DNA from: Candidatus Marinacidobacterales bacterium
GTDB lineage: Bacteria > Acidobacteriota > Vicinamibacteria > Marinacidobacterales > DATDRI01
Assembly (NCBI GenBank): GCA_965226495.1
Contig: OZ245365.1
Coordinates: 1,984,001-2,048,000 of the forward strand
Direction of reading: 5' to 3'
DNA length: 64,000 nt
Both the position numbers and the translations under genes were made by a program. The notes below the pieces were generated by a model, which saw only the letters and a program-made list of their open reading frames with translations, searched no databases and was not told the DNA's origin. Below are positions 28,834-41,573 of this stretch, in pieces (position 1 is the stretch's first letter; each line of letters starts with the position of its first letter).

Positions 28834-29007
28834 ATGACTAGCCATTTTGTGATTCTGGCGGTTTTTGCGGCCCTGGTTTCGGGGGCGTTCGCACTGCTGA
28901 TGCGAGAAGGTCGTTCGCACCAGATACGTTTCGGTGTCTTCGTGTTCTTTTGCTTCGTCGCCTCGGCTTTCGTTCTGGGTTGGCTCATGTTGCCCTTCCC
29001 CTCCTGA
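28834..29007 (+). CDS. Small 57-aa two-TM membrane protein (below the ORF-track cutoff)
   Basis: MTSHFVILAVFAALVSGAFALLMREGRSHQIRFGVFVFFCFVASAFVLGWLMLPFPS*; GGAG upstream; fills the gap in the operon. Confidence 0.75.
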   Translation: MTSHFVILAVFAALVSGAFALLMREGRSHQIRFGVFVFFCFVASAFVLGWLMLPFPS

Positions 29008-29031
29008 AAGTCAGGGGAGCGGGAGCGCCTA

Positions 29032-29475
29032 GTGATCCTTTCGTTCCTGCGCTGGTGGAGCCCTCTGCTGGCGTACATGGTGGTCATTTTTCTCGTGTCC
29101 TCTGCTTCCCGACCCTCGCTGCTCCAGTACGCGCCCGATTACATGTGGCACTTCGTTGGGTATTTCGTCATGGGATTGCTCGCGATTCGTGCGTTCGCGC
29201 GCGGCCTTGAATACCCTGCTGGGGGGAAAGCGGCACTGTTCGGCGTTATGCTCGCCTTGGTCTACGCTGTGAGCGACGAGTGGCACCAAAGTTTCGTCCC
29301 GGGTCGAGTCGCTAGTCTTCATGACATCACCGCGGACGCCATGGGCATCATAAGCGCCGTCGTAGCGCTCTACATCGGTTGGTCCTGGAAGGGCACGGCG
29401 GGAGAGCCTTCAGCTGTCGCGCAGGCGCGCAGCCGCCGAAGCGACAGGCCTGGGGGTGGGGCCCCAGGCCATTGA
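29032..29475 (+). CDS. VanZ-family membrane protein; C-terminus encoded by a repeat element
   Basis: HFVGYF, YAVSDEWHQSFVPGR..S..D..AD..G. Confidence 0.85.
   Translation: MILSFLRWWSPLLAYMVVIFLVSSASRPSLLQYAPDYMWHFVGYFVMGLLAIRAFARGLEYPAGGKAALFGVMLALVYAVSDEWHQSFVPGRVASLHDITADAMGIISAVVALYIGWSWKGTAGEPSAVAQARSRRSDRPGGGAPGH
29400..29474 (+). repeat. Dispersed palindromic element, family A, copy 1
   Basis: Reverse complement aligns over about 73 bp with 60746-60818 (GGGGCCCCACCCCCAGG..TGTCGCTTCGGCGGC..GCGACAGCTGAAGGCTC). Confidence 0.9.
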
Positions 29476-29637
29476 TGAATGAGTACTAAGCCATGACAAC
29501 TAAGCAAGACACCGAAATCTACGTCGTCAGGGTCGGTTCGGTCTCGCGACGGCTTGGACGGTTTGCACCGGGGGAGGCCAGGGCATCGCGATGATCGTCG
29601 AAGCCCACTAACGATGACAGGGCGGCAAGGGGGAGTC

Positions 29638-30489
29638 ATGGAAATCAAGAAGGTAGGTGTGGTGGGTTGTGGTCTTATGGGATCCGGGATCACCCAGGTA
29701 TCCGCCGACTCCGGTTACGAGACAGTCGTACACGAGATTAACAGCGATCTCCTTCAGAAGGGTTTGGGCAACATCGACCGGTTCCTCAGCAAAGGCGTCA
29801 GGAAGGGTAAACTCACGGAGGACAGAAAGAAAGAGATCCTGAACCGGGTCCACGGAACCACGCGGCTACAGGACCTCAGTGGGGCCGATCTGATCATCGA
29901 AGCGATTGTCGAGAACCTAGACGCAAAATTCGAGTTGTACCGAGCGCTCGACGAAATAAGCGGACCGGAGACGATTTTTTCGAGCAATACGTCTTCGCTT
30001 TGCATCACGCAACTCGCCGCGGGCACGAAGCGCCCGCAACGCTTCGTAGGGCTTCACTTCTTCAATCCGGTGCCGCTCATGAAAGTGGTGGAGGTGGTCT
30101 CTACCATCATCACGGAATCCGGGGTCCCCGAGCTCGTCTCCGGTTTTGCTCGCTCGTTGGGAAAAACGCCCATCCGGGCGCCCGACCGACCGGGCTTCAT
30201 CGTCAATCGGCTTCTCGTTCCCTATTTGCTGGACTCGATCCGAGCGCTGGAAGAAGGCGTGGGCAGCAAGGAGGATATGGACGCTGGGATGAAGCTCGGG
30301 TGTGGACATCCAATGGGCCCGTTCGAGCTCTTAGACTTCGTGGGGCTGGATACGACGTTCTACATTGCTAACATTATGTATGAGGAATTTCGGGAAAAGC
30401 GTTTCGCTCCGCCGTCTCTTCTGCGACGAATGGTCCTGGCCGGTCAGTTGGGGCGGAAGTCGGGTAAAGGGTTCTATGATTACGCGTGA
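29638..30489 (+). CDS. hbd: 3-hydroxybutyryl-CoA dehydrogenase
   Basis: GVVGCGLMGSGI, IEAIVE, SNTSS, GLHFFNP, GFIVNR, HPMGP, GRKSGKGFY. Confidence 0.94.
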   Translation: MEIKKVGVVGCGLMGSGITQVSADSGYETVVHEINSDLLQKGLGNIDRFLSKGVRKGKLTEDRKKEILNRVHGTTRLQDLSGADLIIEAIVENLDAKFELYRALDEISGPETIFSSNTSSLCITQLAAGTKRPQRFVGLHFFNPVPLMKVVEVVSTIITESGVPELVSGFARSLGKTPIRAPDRPGFIVNRLLVPYLLDSIRALEEGVGSKEDMDAGMKLGCGHPMGPFELLDFVGLDTTFYIANIMYEEFREKRFAPPSLLRRMVLAGQLGRKSGKGFYDYA

Positions 30490-30495
30490 GGGAAC

Positions 30496-31278
30496 ATGAC
30501 ATTTCAAAACTTGTTGACCGAGACCCGTGACGGGATCGCGTTCGTAACCATCAATCGACCCAAGCAACTCAATGCGCTCAACGAAGAGACGATTGGCGAG
30601 CTGGATAAGCTCTTCGCCGATTTGGAGGCGGACGAGGCCGTCAAGGGAGTCATCGTCACCGGCTCGGGAGAGAAGGCTTTCGTGGCCGGTGCGGATATCA
30701 AGGAACTGGCCGCAGAGACTCCTACCACCGGACACCAAACGACCTTGCGCGGGCAGTCGGTGATGCGAAGAATGGAGACGTCTGGGAAACCCGTGGTGGC
30801 CGCCATCAACGGATTTGCGCTCGGCGGGGGGATGGAGCTGGCGCTCGCCTGTCACATTCGCGTCGCCGCCGAGGAGGCGAAGATGGGTCTCCCGGAAGTT
30901 AAGCTGGCTGTGATCCCCGGCTACGGAGGAACACAGCGCTTGGCTCGGATCGTGGGCAGAGGCAGGGCGCTGGAATTGATCCTGACCGGGGAGATGATTG
31001 ACGCGGCGGAGGCCCACCGCATCGGGTTGGTGAACCGGGTCGTGCCGCGAGCCGAGCTACTCGGCGAGGCGGAGGCTTTGATGCGCAAGATTCTCGCCAA
31101 TGGACCACTGGCGATACGTTATGCGATTCGTGCGGTGGATCAAGGTCTCGATGGCAGCCTTGAGAAAGGCCTGGACCTGGAGGCCTCGCTTTTCGCGATT
31201 CTCTGTGCGACGGAAGATATGAAGGAAGGTATGCAAGCGTTTCTCGAGAAACGCGCAGCCAAGTTTAGGGGCCAATGA
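30496..31278 (+). CDS. crt: Enoyl-CoA hydratase / crotonase
   Basis: NRPKQLNAL, FVAGADI, GFALGGGMELA, PEVKL..IPGYGGTQRL. Confidence 0.9.
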   Translation: MTFQNLLTETRDGIAFVTINRPKQLNALNEETIGELDKLFADLEADEAVKGVIVTGSGEKAFVAGADIKELAAETPTTGHQTTLRGQSVMRRMETSGKPVVAAINGFALGGGMELALACHIRVAAEEAKMGLPEVKLAVIPGYGGTQRLARIVGRGRALELILTGEMIDAAEAHRIGLVNRVVPRAELLGEAEALMRKILANGPLAIRYAIRAVDQGLDGSLEKGLDLEASLFAILCATEDMKEGMQAFLEKRAAKFRGQ

Positions 31279-31297
31279 ATTTTCTTCTTCCGCTCTT

Positions 31298-31371
31298 CCC
31301 TCTCCCTTTGGGAGAGGGTGGCGTCAGGACACGCGGGGCCGTTAGAAAGGTGGCCGGACGCCGGGTGAGGG
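31298..31371 (+). repeat. REP-like element CCCTCTCCC-ttt-GGGAGAGGG...GGGTGAGGG (family B)
   Basis: Perfect 9-bp hairpin, a second stem GGCGTC/GACGCC, and a terminal GGGTGAGGG 4 bp before ribH. Confidence 0.8.
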
Positions 31372-31375
31372 TTCC

Positions 31376-31849
31376 TTGAAGATCTTAGAAGGCAAACCCA
31401 GCGGGAAGGGGCTCCGCTTTGGAGTGGTGGTGGGCCGCTTCAACAGTTTCGTAACCGACAAGCTTCTCGACGGGGCCCTCGAGGCTCTGAAGGGTTGCGG
31501 AGTGGAAGAGGACGATATGGTTGTGGTTCGGGTGCCCGGTTCTTTCGAGATCCCTCCGGTAGCGAAGAAACTCGCCGACTCGGGTCGTTTCCATGCCGTG
31601 GTCTGTCTTGGCGCTATTATCAAGGGGGAGACCCCCCACTGGGACTACCTCGGCCGGACGGTATCGGATGCGATCGAGAGGACCGCGCTCGAATCGGGCG
31701 TTCCTCTGACGTTGGGGATTATCACAACCGAAACACGAGACACTGCGCTCGCGCGCGCCGAGGAGCGGGGAGATAACCGAGGTTACAACGCGGCCATCGC
31801 CGCGGTAGAGATGGCGGACCTCTATCGCCAGATGGAAGGGAGTCACTAG
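31376..31849 (+). CDS. ribH: 6,7-dimethyl-8-ribityllumazine synthase
   Basis: GRFNSFVT, VPGSFEIP, LGAIIKGETPHWDY; precedes nusB. Confidence 0.93.
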   Translation: MKILEGKPSGKGLRFGVVVGRFNSFVTDKLLDGALEALKGCGVEEDDMVVVRVPGSFEIPPVAKKLADSGRFHAVVCLGAIIKGETPHWDYLGRTVSDAIERTALESGVPLTLGIITTETRDTALARAEERGDNRGYNAAIAAVEMADLYRQMEGSH

Positions 31850-31918
31850 GTCCCCCGTGTTGAGGCCCGGGGCGCGGTTGCCGGGTGGTCGGGGTGTTGT
31901 CCAGAGCGGGGAAGCATT

Positions 31919-32335
31919 GTGGGTTCACGAAGGAAAGGACGGGAGCTGGCAGTCCAAATGCTCTACCAATGGGAGATCAGCGAAGAGCCCATCGCGCGAG
32001 TGCAAGAGTCGTTTTGGAAGCTGCGGGAGGCCGCCGATGAGACGCGGAGTCTCGCCCAGCGGCTCCTCACGGGAACGGTCGATCATCTTGGGGAGATTGA
32101 TGAATTGATAGCCAAGCATGCCGAGCACTGGCGACTGCCTCGGATGGCGGCTGTGGACCGTAACATTTTGCGATTGGCGATCTATGAATTCCTCTATGAA
32201 GAAGTGCCCAAGCCGGTCGTCATTAACGAGGCGCTCGAGGTGACGAAGAGGTTCTCCAGCCCCGATGCGGTGCAGTTCGTGAACGGTGTCTTGGATGCCG
32301 TTCGCGCGAGCATCGAAGCTCCGGAGGCGAGTTAG
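31919..32335 (+). CDS. nusB: Transcription antitermination factor NusB
   Basis: [33 protein letters not shown]. Confidence 0.95.
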   Translation: MGSRRKGRELAVQMLYQWEISEEPIARVQESFWKLREAADETRSLAQRLLTGTVDHLGEIDELIAKHAEHWRLPRMAAVDRNILRLAIYEFLYEEVPKPVVINEALEVTKRFSSPDAVQFVNGVLDAVRASIEAPEAS

Positions 32336-32340
32336 ACTCC

Positions 32341-33840
32341 GTGGCCGATCTCCCAATTCCTCCCGACCGGCGCGACAAGCTGGAGGCGTTGCGCCAACTC
32401 GGGGTCGATGTCTATCCCACTCGCTACGACCGGACGCATTCCGTGACCCAGGCCGTGGAGGAGTTCTCTCCTCGCAGTACGGAGGAGCTCGAAGAGGCAG
32501 CACCCCGGGTGCAGGTGGCCGGTCGCCTGGTCGCACTCCGCGGTCACGGGAAGACAGCGTTTGCGCATTTATCGGATGGAGCCTCTCGGCTTCAGGTGTA
32601 CATCCGCAAGGATACGGTCGAGTCTCCTGGATTCGAGATCTTCAAGGAACTGGACCTGGGAGACTTTATCGGCGTAGCGGGGCCGATGTTCCGCACCCGC
32701 ACCGGCGAGTTGACAGTCAAAGCCGAGCAGCTAACGTTTTTGGCGAAATCGCTCCTCCCGCTTCCAGAGAAGTGGCACGGCCTGGCGGATAAAGAGATAC
32801 GGTACCGCCAGCGCTACCTGGACCTGGTGTCTAACGTCGACGTGCGAGAGGTCTTCGTCACTCGCAGCCGTGTGATTCGCGAGATGCGCTCGTTTTTCGA
32901 TGCGCGAGGCTACATGGAGGTGGAGACGCCGATGCTGCAATCGATCGCCGGTGGTGCGGTGGCGAGGCCGTTCAAGACATTCCACAACACGTTGGGGATC
33001 GATCTCTACCTTCGCATCGCGCCCGAGCTCTACTTGAAGCGCTTGGTCGTGGGTGGACTGGAAAAGGTGTACGAGATCAACCGGAACTTTCGCAATGAAG
33101 GAATTTCGTACAAACACAACCCTGAGTTCACGATGTTGGAGTTTTACGAAGCCTACAGCGATTTTCGATCGATGATGGATCTTACCGAGGATCTCTTCGT
33201 TCAGCTGGCGCAGCAAGTTGCGGGCAGCGAAGAATTGGAATATCAGGGCCAGAAGATCAAGTTTACACCTCCCTATCCTCGGGTCACGATGCTCGACGCT
33301 ACGCGCGAAGCACTGTCACGAAAGGGTGTCGAGGCTTCCGAGACAGAGCTCCGCGACCCCAAGGCCCTGATGGCGATCTTCGAGCGACTCGACGTTGGGT
33401 TCGACCCCGCCGATCCCTGGGGAAAACTCTTGGCGAGTCTCTTCGAAGAAGTCGCGGAGTCCGAGCTAATTCAGCCTACTTTTATTTATGACCATCCGCT
33501 GGACGTCTCGCCGCTCTCCAAGAAGAAACCGGACGACCCGACATTGGTGGAACGATTCGAGCTCTTCGTGGCGGGAATGGAGTGCGCCAACGGGTTCAGT
33601 GAGCTCAACGATCCCGAAGATCAAAAAGAGAGATTTGAGATGCAGCTTAGCCAGAGAGAGCGTGGCGACCAGGAAGCTCACGTCATGGACGAAGACTACA
33701 TCCGAGCCTTGGCGCACGGGTTACCGCCAACTGGCGGGGAGGGTATCGGTGTGGATCGCTTGGTCATGATTCTTACCGATTGCCGTTCTATCCGTGACGT
33801 GATCTTGTTTCCCCACATGCGACCAGAAGCCACTTCATAA
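32341..33840 (+). CDS. lysS: Lysine--tRNA ligase (class II)
   Basis: [44 protein letters not shown]. Confidence 0.97.
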   Translation: MADLPIPPDRRDKLEALRQLGVDVYPTRYDRTHSVTQAVEEFSPRSTEELEEAAPRVQVAGRLVALRGHGKTAFAHLSDGASRLQVYIRKDTVESPGFEIFKELDLGDFIGVAGPMFRTRTGELTVKAEQLTFLAKSLLPLPEKWHGLADKEIRYRQRYLDLVSNVDVREVFVTRSRVIREMRSFFDARGYMEVETPMLQSIAGGAVARPFKTFHNTLGIDLYLRIAPELYLKRLVVGGLEKVYEINRNFRNEGISYKHNPEFTMLEFYEAYSDFRSMMDLTEDLFVQLAQQVAGSEELEYQGQKIKFTPPYPRVTMLDATREALSRKGVEASETELRDPKALMAIFERLDVGFDPADPWGKLLASLFEEVAESELIQPTFIYDHPLDVSPLSKKKPDDPTLVERFELFVAGMECANGFSELNDPEDQKERFEMQLSQRERGDQEAHVMDEDYIRALAHGLPPTGGEGIGVDRLVMILTDCRSIRDVILFPHMRPEATS

Positions 33841-33849
33841 CCTCCACCC

Positions 33850-35094
33850 ATGCCGTACGAGATCGTCATTTCGCTGCGCTACCTGCTGGCGAAGCGGAAG
33901 CAGGTCTTCATCTCCGTCATCTCGGCGATCTCCACACTCGGTGTCGTCGTGGGAGTCATGATCTTGCTCATCGCCATCGCTATCATGACAGGCTTCCAGG
34001 GTGAGCTCAGGTCTCGGATTCTGGGTGCAGCATCTCACCTTAGTATTTACAGCCTGGAGGGTCGCGCCATTCGGAACTACTCCGAGGTCACCGAAATCCT
34101 GGCGTTACTTCCCGGAATCGAGGGGGCCGCTCCGGTGATCTACGGGAAGGCCTTGGTCTCGAGCGGCACCGGTTCGGGGTTGGTCACCTTGAAAGGCGTG
34201 GATCCAATCCTAGAGGCGTCGGTCACGGAGTTCGCGGAGAAGATGGTGGCGGGAACGCTCGAAGGCCTCGCCGCACCACCCGAGGAACGTGATGGGTCTC
34301 CGCTCCCGGGCATGGTGATTGGTGAGGAATTGGCGATGACTCTGGGAGTCCTGGTGGGCGATACCGTAAACGTCACATCACCCGAAGGGCATCTCACTCC
34401 TTTCGGCATGCTCCCGCGCAGCCGCCGCTTTCGGATCGCGGGCATCTATCGCGTGGGACTCTATGACTTCGATAACGCGTGGGCGTTGGTGGAGCTCGAG
34501 GATGCGCAGAGGTTGCTCGGCTTCGCGGACGAAGCCATCTACGTGGAGACCCGGGTTGACGACATTTATGCCGTGAAGTCTCTCGGGGTCGAAGCTAGAG
34601 CGAAGCTGGGAACTGGCTACGGAAGCGTGGATTGGATGGAGATGAACCGCAGTCTGTTTTCTGCGCTCTGGCTCGAGAAGATGGTGACGACCATCTTTAT
34701 TAGCTTCATTGTCGGAGTCGCCGCTCTCAACATCGTCGCTAGCCAGATCATGATCGTAATGGAGAAGACGCGGGACATTGCGATCCTTCGATCGATGGGT
34801 GCCACCGCGCGGAGCATCATGACGATTTTCATGCTGCAGGGCTTGACTATCGGTGTGATCGGCACGTTAGTAGGGGCGGTGCTGGGAGTGAGCGTTTCAT
34901 GGGTACTCGACCATTACCAGGTGATTCACATTCCCGAGGATGTCTACCAGCTGACGTACGTTCCTTTCAAGCTGCTACCGATGGATTTCCTCCTGGTGGT
35001 ATTGGGTGCACCCCTGGTTTGTTTTCTGGCCACTCTCTATCCGGCCAGGCGGGCCTCACGGCTCAACCTCACGGAGGCGCTTCGCTATGAGTGA
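33850..35094 (+). CDS. lolE: Lipoprotein-releasing ABC transporter permease LolC/E
   Basis: RYL.AKRK..FISVIS, GF..ELR.RILG, DIAILRSMGA, LYPARRA...EALRYE. Confidence 0.9.
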   Translation: MPYEIVISLRYLLAKRKQVFISVISAISTLGVVVGVMILLIAIAIMTGFQGELRSRILGAASHLSIYSLEGRAIRNYSEVTEILALLPGIEGAAPVIYGKALVSSGTGSGLVTLKGVDPILEASVTEFAEKMVAGTLEGLAAPPEERDGSPLPGMVIGEELAMTLGVLVGDTVNVTSPEGHLTPFGMLPRSRRFRIAGIYRVGLYDFDNAWALVELEDAQRLLGFADEAIYVETRVDDIYAVKSLGVEARAKLGTGYGSVDWMEMNRSLFSALWLEKMVTTIFISFIVGVAALNIVASQIMIVMEKTRDIAILRSMGATARSIMTIFMLQGLTIGVIGTLVGAVLGVSVSWVLDHYQVIHIPEDVYQLTYVPFKLLPMDFLLVVLGAPLVCFLATLYPARRASRLNLTEALRYE

Positions 35095-35773
35095 AGTTCT
35101 TCTCGAGGCTCGAGGGCTTGTAAAAGGTTTTCTCTCCGGGGCGAGCTATCTCCCAGTTCTGCAGGAAGCGAACTTCACGGTTCAAAAAGGGGAGATGGTT
35201 GCCATCGTGGGCGCGTCCGGGGTTGGCAAGAGCACCTTGCTACACGTGCTCGGGACCTTGGACGAACCGGAACGAGGCTCGGTGTCGGTAGAAGGCGAGG
35301 ACGTTTTCGCTCTTAGCGAGCCGAAACGCACCGAGTTGCGCAATCGAACTATCGGATTCATCTTTCAGTTTCATCACTTGCTGCCCGAGTTCTCGGCCCT
35401 GGAGAACGTGATGATGCCGTTGCTGATAGGGCGGACACCGGCTGCCGTCGCCCGCGAGCGCGCCGCCCGACTATTGGAAGCTTTGGGGTTAGCCGATCGG
35501 GCGGAGCATCGACCTGGTCAGCTATCGGGTGGGGAGCAGCAGAGGGTGGCGGTGGCGCGCGCCTTGGTGGCTCAGCCACCTTTGGTCTTGGCAGACGAAC
35601 CGACCGGCAATCTGGACGCGAGAACCAGTGAAGAGCTGGTGGGCCTCCTGGTCAGGCTACATCAAGAACGGGGCCTGACGTCGGTCCTAGTCACGCACAG
35701 TCAACAAATTGCGTCGGTTTGCGATCGGGTCGTCTCTATGGAAGACGGTCGGCTGCGCGAGCACAAAGCTTGA
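35087..35773 (+). CDS. lolD: Lipoprotein-releasing ABC transporter ATPase
   Basis: GASGVGKST, GFIFQFHHLL, LSGGEQQR, ADEPTGNLD. Confidence 0.92.
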   Translation: MSEVLLEARGLVKGFLSGASYLPVLQEANFTVQKGEMVAIVGASGVGKSTLLHVLGTLDEPERGSVSVEGEDVFALSEPKRTELRNRTIGFIFQFHHLLPEFSALENVMMPLLIGRTPAAVARERAARLLEALGLADRAEHRPGQLSGGEQQRVAVARALVAQPPLVLADEPTGNLDARTSEELVGLLVRLHQERGLTSVLVTHSQQIASVCDRVVSMEDGRLREHKA

Positions 35774-35785
35774 AGAGACGTTGCT

Positions 35786-35892
35786 TTGACGCCGCCCGAC
35801 GCGCATGCTATTCTCCGTTCGACTCGAGCCGCGAGTGTGGGTCATGTGGAGGAACCACCACATATCCAGGATCTTACGGGCTGTGCTATAAT
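35786..35892 (+). promoter_or_regulatory. Two candidate promoters upstream of clpC
   Basis: TTGACG 35786, 17 bp, TATTCT 35809; and extended -10 TGcTATAAT 35884-35892. Confidence 0.5.
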
Positions 35893-35918
35893 ACGCGTAC
35901 AATGGTCGGGTGGAGGAT

Positions 35919-38357
<2,439 letters not shown>

Positions 38358-38376
38358 ACACCTGACGGGTTCGCGT

Positions 38377-40785
38377 GTGCTGGCAACCCTCGTGGCCAGC
38401 CTGCTCCTTCCTGCGTTACTCTTCGCGCAGGGTGAAATCATCGAAGGAATAGAGATCGTAGGGAACCGCTCTGTCGACGCCGGTACCTACCTCTTCCACA
38501 TCAACTCCAAGGTCGGCGACTCCTACGACGAAGAGAAGGCGCTCGCCGATTTCCACCGCCTCTGGAATACCGGCTTCCTAGATGACCTCACGCTGGCAAC
38601 TCGTGACGGTGAGCAGGGTAAGATCTTGACGTTTTCGGTCGAGGAGCGCGAGCGCGTCCGCACTATCGAGTATCTAGGCTCAAAGTCCCTCAGCCAATCT
38701 GATATCGAGGAGAAGCTCAAGGAAGAGGATGCCCAGATCAAGATGGACTCTTTCTACGACCCTGCCCAGGTGGTGAGGGTAACGAAGATCATCCGACAGA
38801 TGTTGAACGACAAGGGACTTCCCAACGGCGAAGTCTCCAGCACCGTGACCAATGTAGAGGCCGGCGTGCAAGTTGCCTTCAACATTAACGATGAGCGCAA
38901 GCTCACCATTAAGAGCGTCAACTTCGTAGGAGCGGAAGAGTTCTCTCAATGGCAGCTCAAGTGGGGCATGAAGAAGACCAAGGAGAGTCACCTCCTGGCG
39001 TTTCTCCAAGGCGGCAGTCTGTTTACCGATGAGAAGTTTGCGGAGGACGTCGAAACGCTCCGGGAGCTATACCTCAATCAGGGTTTCGTCGATGTCAGCT
39101 TCGGTGAGCCCGAGGTAGTTTACGAAGACGGTAACTCCCGATTCATGTTCTGGAGTAAACCGAAGCGGTTCGTTACCCTCAACATCCCCGTCTCCGAGGG
39201 TAAGCAATATCGCGTGGGTGAGGTCAGCGTCGATGGGGCGACGGTGTTCCCCGAGACGTTCGTGAAGGCCTTCTTCAATCTGCAACCCGGTGAGGTCTAT
39301 AACGAGTCCACCATCGTCAAAGGGATGGAGAAATTGCGAGAGCTCTATGGCGCCCGGGGCTACGTTCAGTTCACCGGGTTTCCCGTCAAACGGCCTCAGA
39401 CGGGCTCGGATCTCGTCGATGTCACGATCAACTTGCAGGAAGACAAGCAATACTTCGTGAATCGCATCGAGTTCGAAGGCAACAGCAGCACCCGCGACAA
39501 AGTCGTCCGGCGCGAGGTCTGGCTGAACGAGCAGGATGTCATGAACATGGAACTGCTCAAGCTCTCCATACAACGGATTAACCAGCTCGGTTACTTTCTG
39601 CCTATCGAGGCGCCCCAGATCGAGCCGGTTCCGGGCGAAGAGAATAAGCTCAACGTCGTTCTTCCGGTGCAGGAACAAAACAGGAACCAATTCCAATTCG
39701 GTGGCGGCGTGTCGGGTTTGGAGGGTGCCTTCATCAACGTGTCCTTTTCCACCGCCAACTTTCTGGGTCGGGGAGAGACCGCTTCTTTCGCGGTTCAGAC
39801 CGGAAGCCGGACCCAGAATTTTCAGATTTCTCTCCAGGAGCCGTGGTTTCTCGATAAACCGATCACCGTGGGGTTCAGCGTTTTCAAGCGCCTAATCAAA
39901 TTGCCTCAGTTCACGCAAAGGGACACCGGTGCGAATTTCACCTGGGGGATGCCCCTAAAGCGGTTCTCCCGGTTCTTCGTGAACTACGGCTACACGGTCA
40001 TCGAGACGTCCGAGCCGGATACGGATCTGTTCGACAGCTTCTTCGGGGGGGGACTCGGTGGCTTGGGCCTCGGGGGCTTCGGGGGGGGCTTCGGGGGGCT
40101 CGGGTTTAATCCATTCTTTGGCGCCTTCGGCAGTTTCAATCAGAGCCGAGTCACGCCGACTTACGTCCTCAATACCGTTGACAACCCGATGTTTGCTTAC
40201 AAGGGGAAGCGGTATACAGCGAGCTTCGCATTTGCCGGAGGACCGCTGGGAGGAACGGTCAACTACTACAAGCCGACCTTCGAGGGTATTTGGTATCTCC
40301 CGGTTACCCGCAAGAGCAATTTCGGTTTCCGGGCCATGACCTCATGGCTGCAGGGTTTTGGGGAAGTGGAATCGGCTAACACCATCGACGGGATTCCAAT
40401 TTTCCAACGATTCTTCATGGGAGGCGAGAACCAGATCCGGGGGTACGACATCCGCTCGCTGGGGCCGCGACTCATCAGAGACGATGGGGTCACCGTTTTG
40501 GTCGGCGGGACCAAGATGATGCTGTTCAACATGGAGTACTATATTCCGCTGGCGGGACCGCTGCGGGCAGTGTTATTCTTTGATGCTGGCCAGACGTTTG
40601 CCAAGGAAGACCCGATAAGGTTGTCGATGTTCAATGAGATTGCTACATCAACCGGAGCCGAAATGCGTTTCCTGGTACCAATGCTCAACGTGCCTTTTCG
40701 GTTGATTTTCGCATACAATCCGAACTCGGAGCGGTTCTTCCAACCGTCCACCGCGTTCCGTTTCGGCATCGGCTCGACTTTCTGA
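38377..40785 (+). CDS. bamA: Outer membrane protein assembly factor BamA
   Basis: Five POTRA-like domains, NFLGRGE, RFFMGGENQIRGY, C-terminal FRFGIGSTF. GTG start inferred. Confidence 0.95.
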   Translation: MLATLVASLLLPALLFAQGEIIEGIEIVGNRSVDAGTYLFHINSKVGDSYDEEKALADFHRLWNTGFLDDLTLATRDGEQGKILTFSVEERERVRTIEYLGSKSLSQSDIEEKLKEEDAQIKMDSFYDPAQVVRVTKIIRQMLNDKGLPNGEVSSTVTNVEAGVQVAFNINDERKLTIKSVNFVGAEEFSQWQLKWGMKKTKESHLLAFLQGGSLFTDEKFAEDVETLRELYLNQGFVDVSFGEPEVVYEDGNSRFMFWSKPKRFVTLNIPVSEGKQYRVGEVSVDGATVFPETFVKAFFNLQPGEVYNESTIVKGMEKLRELYGARGYVQFTGFPVKRPQTGSDLVDVTINLQEDKQYFVNRIEFEGNSSTRDKVVRREVWLNEQDVMNMELLKLSIQRINQLGYFLPIEAPQIEPVPGEENKLNVVLPVQEQNRNQFQFGGGVSGLEGAFINVSFSTANFLGRGETASFAVQTGSRTQNFQISLQEPWFLDKPITVGFSVFKRLIKLPQFTQRDTGANFTWGMPLKRFSRFFVNYGYTVIETSEPDTDLFDSFFGGGLGGLGLGGFGGGFGGLGFNPFFGAFGSFNQSRVTPTYVLNTVDNPMFAYKGKRYTASFAFAGGPLGGTVNYYKPTFEGIWYLPVTRKSNFGFRAMTSWLQGFGEVESANTIDGIPIFQRFFMGGENQIRGYDIRSLGPRLIRDDGVTVLVGGTKMMLFNMEYYIPLAGPLRAVLFFDAGQTFAKEDPIRLSMFNEIATSTGAEMRFLVPMLNVPFRLIFAYNPNSERFFQPSTAFRFGIGSTF

Positions 40786-40909
40786 TGCCGGCTCGCTTCC
40801 TCCTTGGCCGACATCCATATCGGTCGCCGGTGAGCCTAGCAAGACATTCTTAAGGAGCACGGAGTCATTTCGTATGGAGAATCAAATAGTCATGTCAAAA
40901 GGAGTAGCC

Positions 40910-41551
40910 ATGAAGTTCATTTCGTTCGCCCTAGGGGCCATCTTCGTTGCCGCCTTGCCTGCGTTGAGCGCGGGACAGGCTGGCGTCACGACCCAAGTGA
41001 AGATCGCCGTCATCGATATCGATCGGGTGGCGCAGGAATCGACCCCCGGTAAAGCACTTTTCGAGAAGCTCAGAGTCGAAAATGACAAGTTGGCTTCCGA
41101 GCGTCAACAACGGGAGGAGGAGATTCGCGACCTGCAGACCAAGGCCGCCTCGGATGTTCTTTCCCAGGATGCCCAGGCGCGGCTGGCACGCGAGATCGAG
41201 CGAAAGCGCACCGACGCACAGCGTTGGTTGGAGGACGCGCAGGGTGAGTTCCAGGAAAAGCAGAAGCAAGAGGAGGCCGCGTTCCAAGCCACGCTCGGTC
41301 CGATCGTGGAAGCGGTCGCTCGGGAGGCAGGGATCGGCCTCATCTTCCGTGTCACACCCGGACTCACCTTTGTTCTCGATCCAAACCTCGACCTGACCCC
41401 GATGGTCATACAGCGGTTGAACTCCGGGCCAGCTGCTGGTGCGGCGGCGCCCACCGGGGCGGGCGAAGGAGCGGAAACAGCAGCGCCCACCGAGGCGGGC
41501 GAAGGAGCGGAAACAGCAGCGCCCCCTCCGTCGGATCCTCAACAGAACTAG
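40910..41551 (+). CDS. skp: OmpH/Skp periplasmic chaperone
   Basis: Signal peptide, [10 protein letters not shown], coiled coil, DLT..VI..LN; follows bamA. Confidence 0.88.
   Translation: MKFISFALGAIFVAALPALSAGQAGVTTQVKIAVIDIDRVAQESTPGKALFEKLRVENDKLASERQQREEEIRDLQTKAASDVLSQDAQARLAREIERKRTDAQRWLEDAQGEFQEKQKQEEAAFQATLGPIVEAVAREAGIGLIFRVTPGLTFVLDPNLDLTPMVIQRLNSGPAAGAAAPTGAGEGAETAAPTEAGEGAETAAPPPSDPQQN
41447..41524 (+). repeat. 36-bp tandem duplication in the skp 3' end
   Basis: GCGCCCACCG(G/A)GGCGGGCGAAGGAGCGGAAACAGCA x2, encoding (APT[G/E]AGEGAETA)2. Confidence 0.95.
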
Positions 41552-41573
41552 AGCTCACCAGGACTTCTACGTC

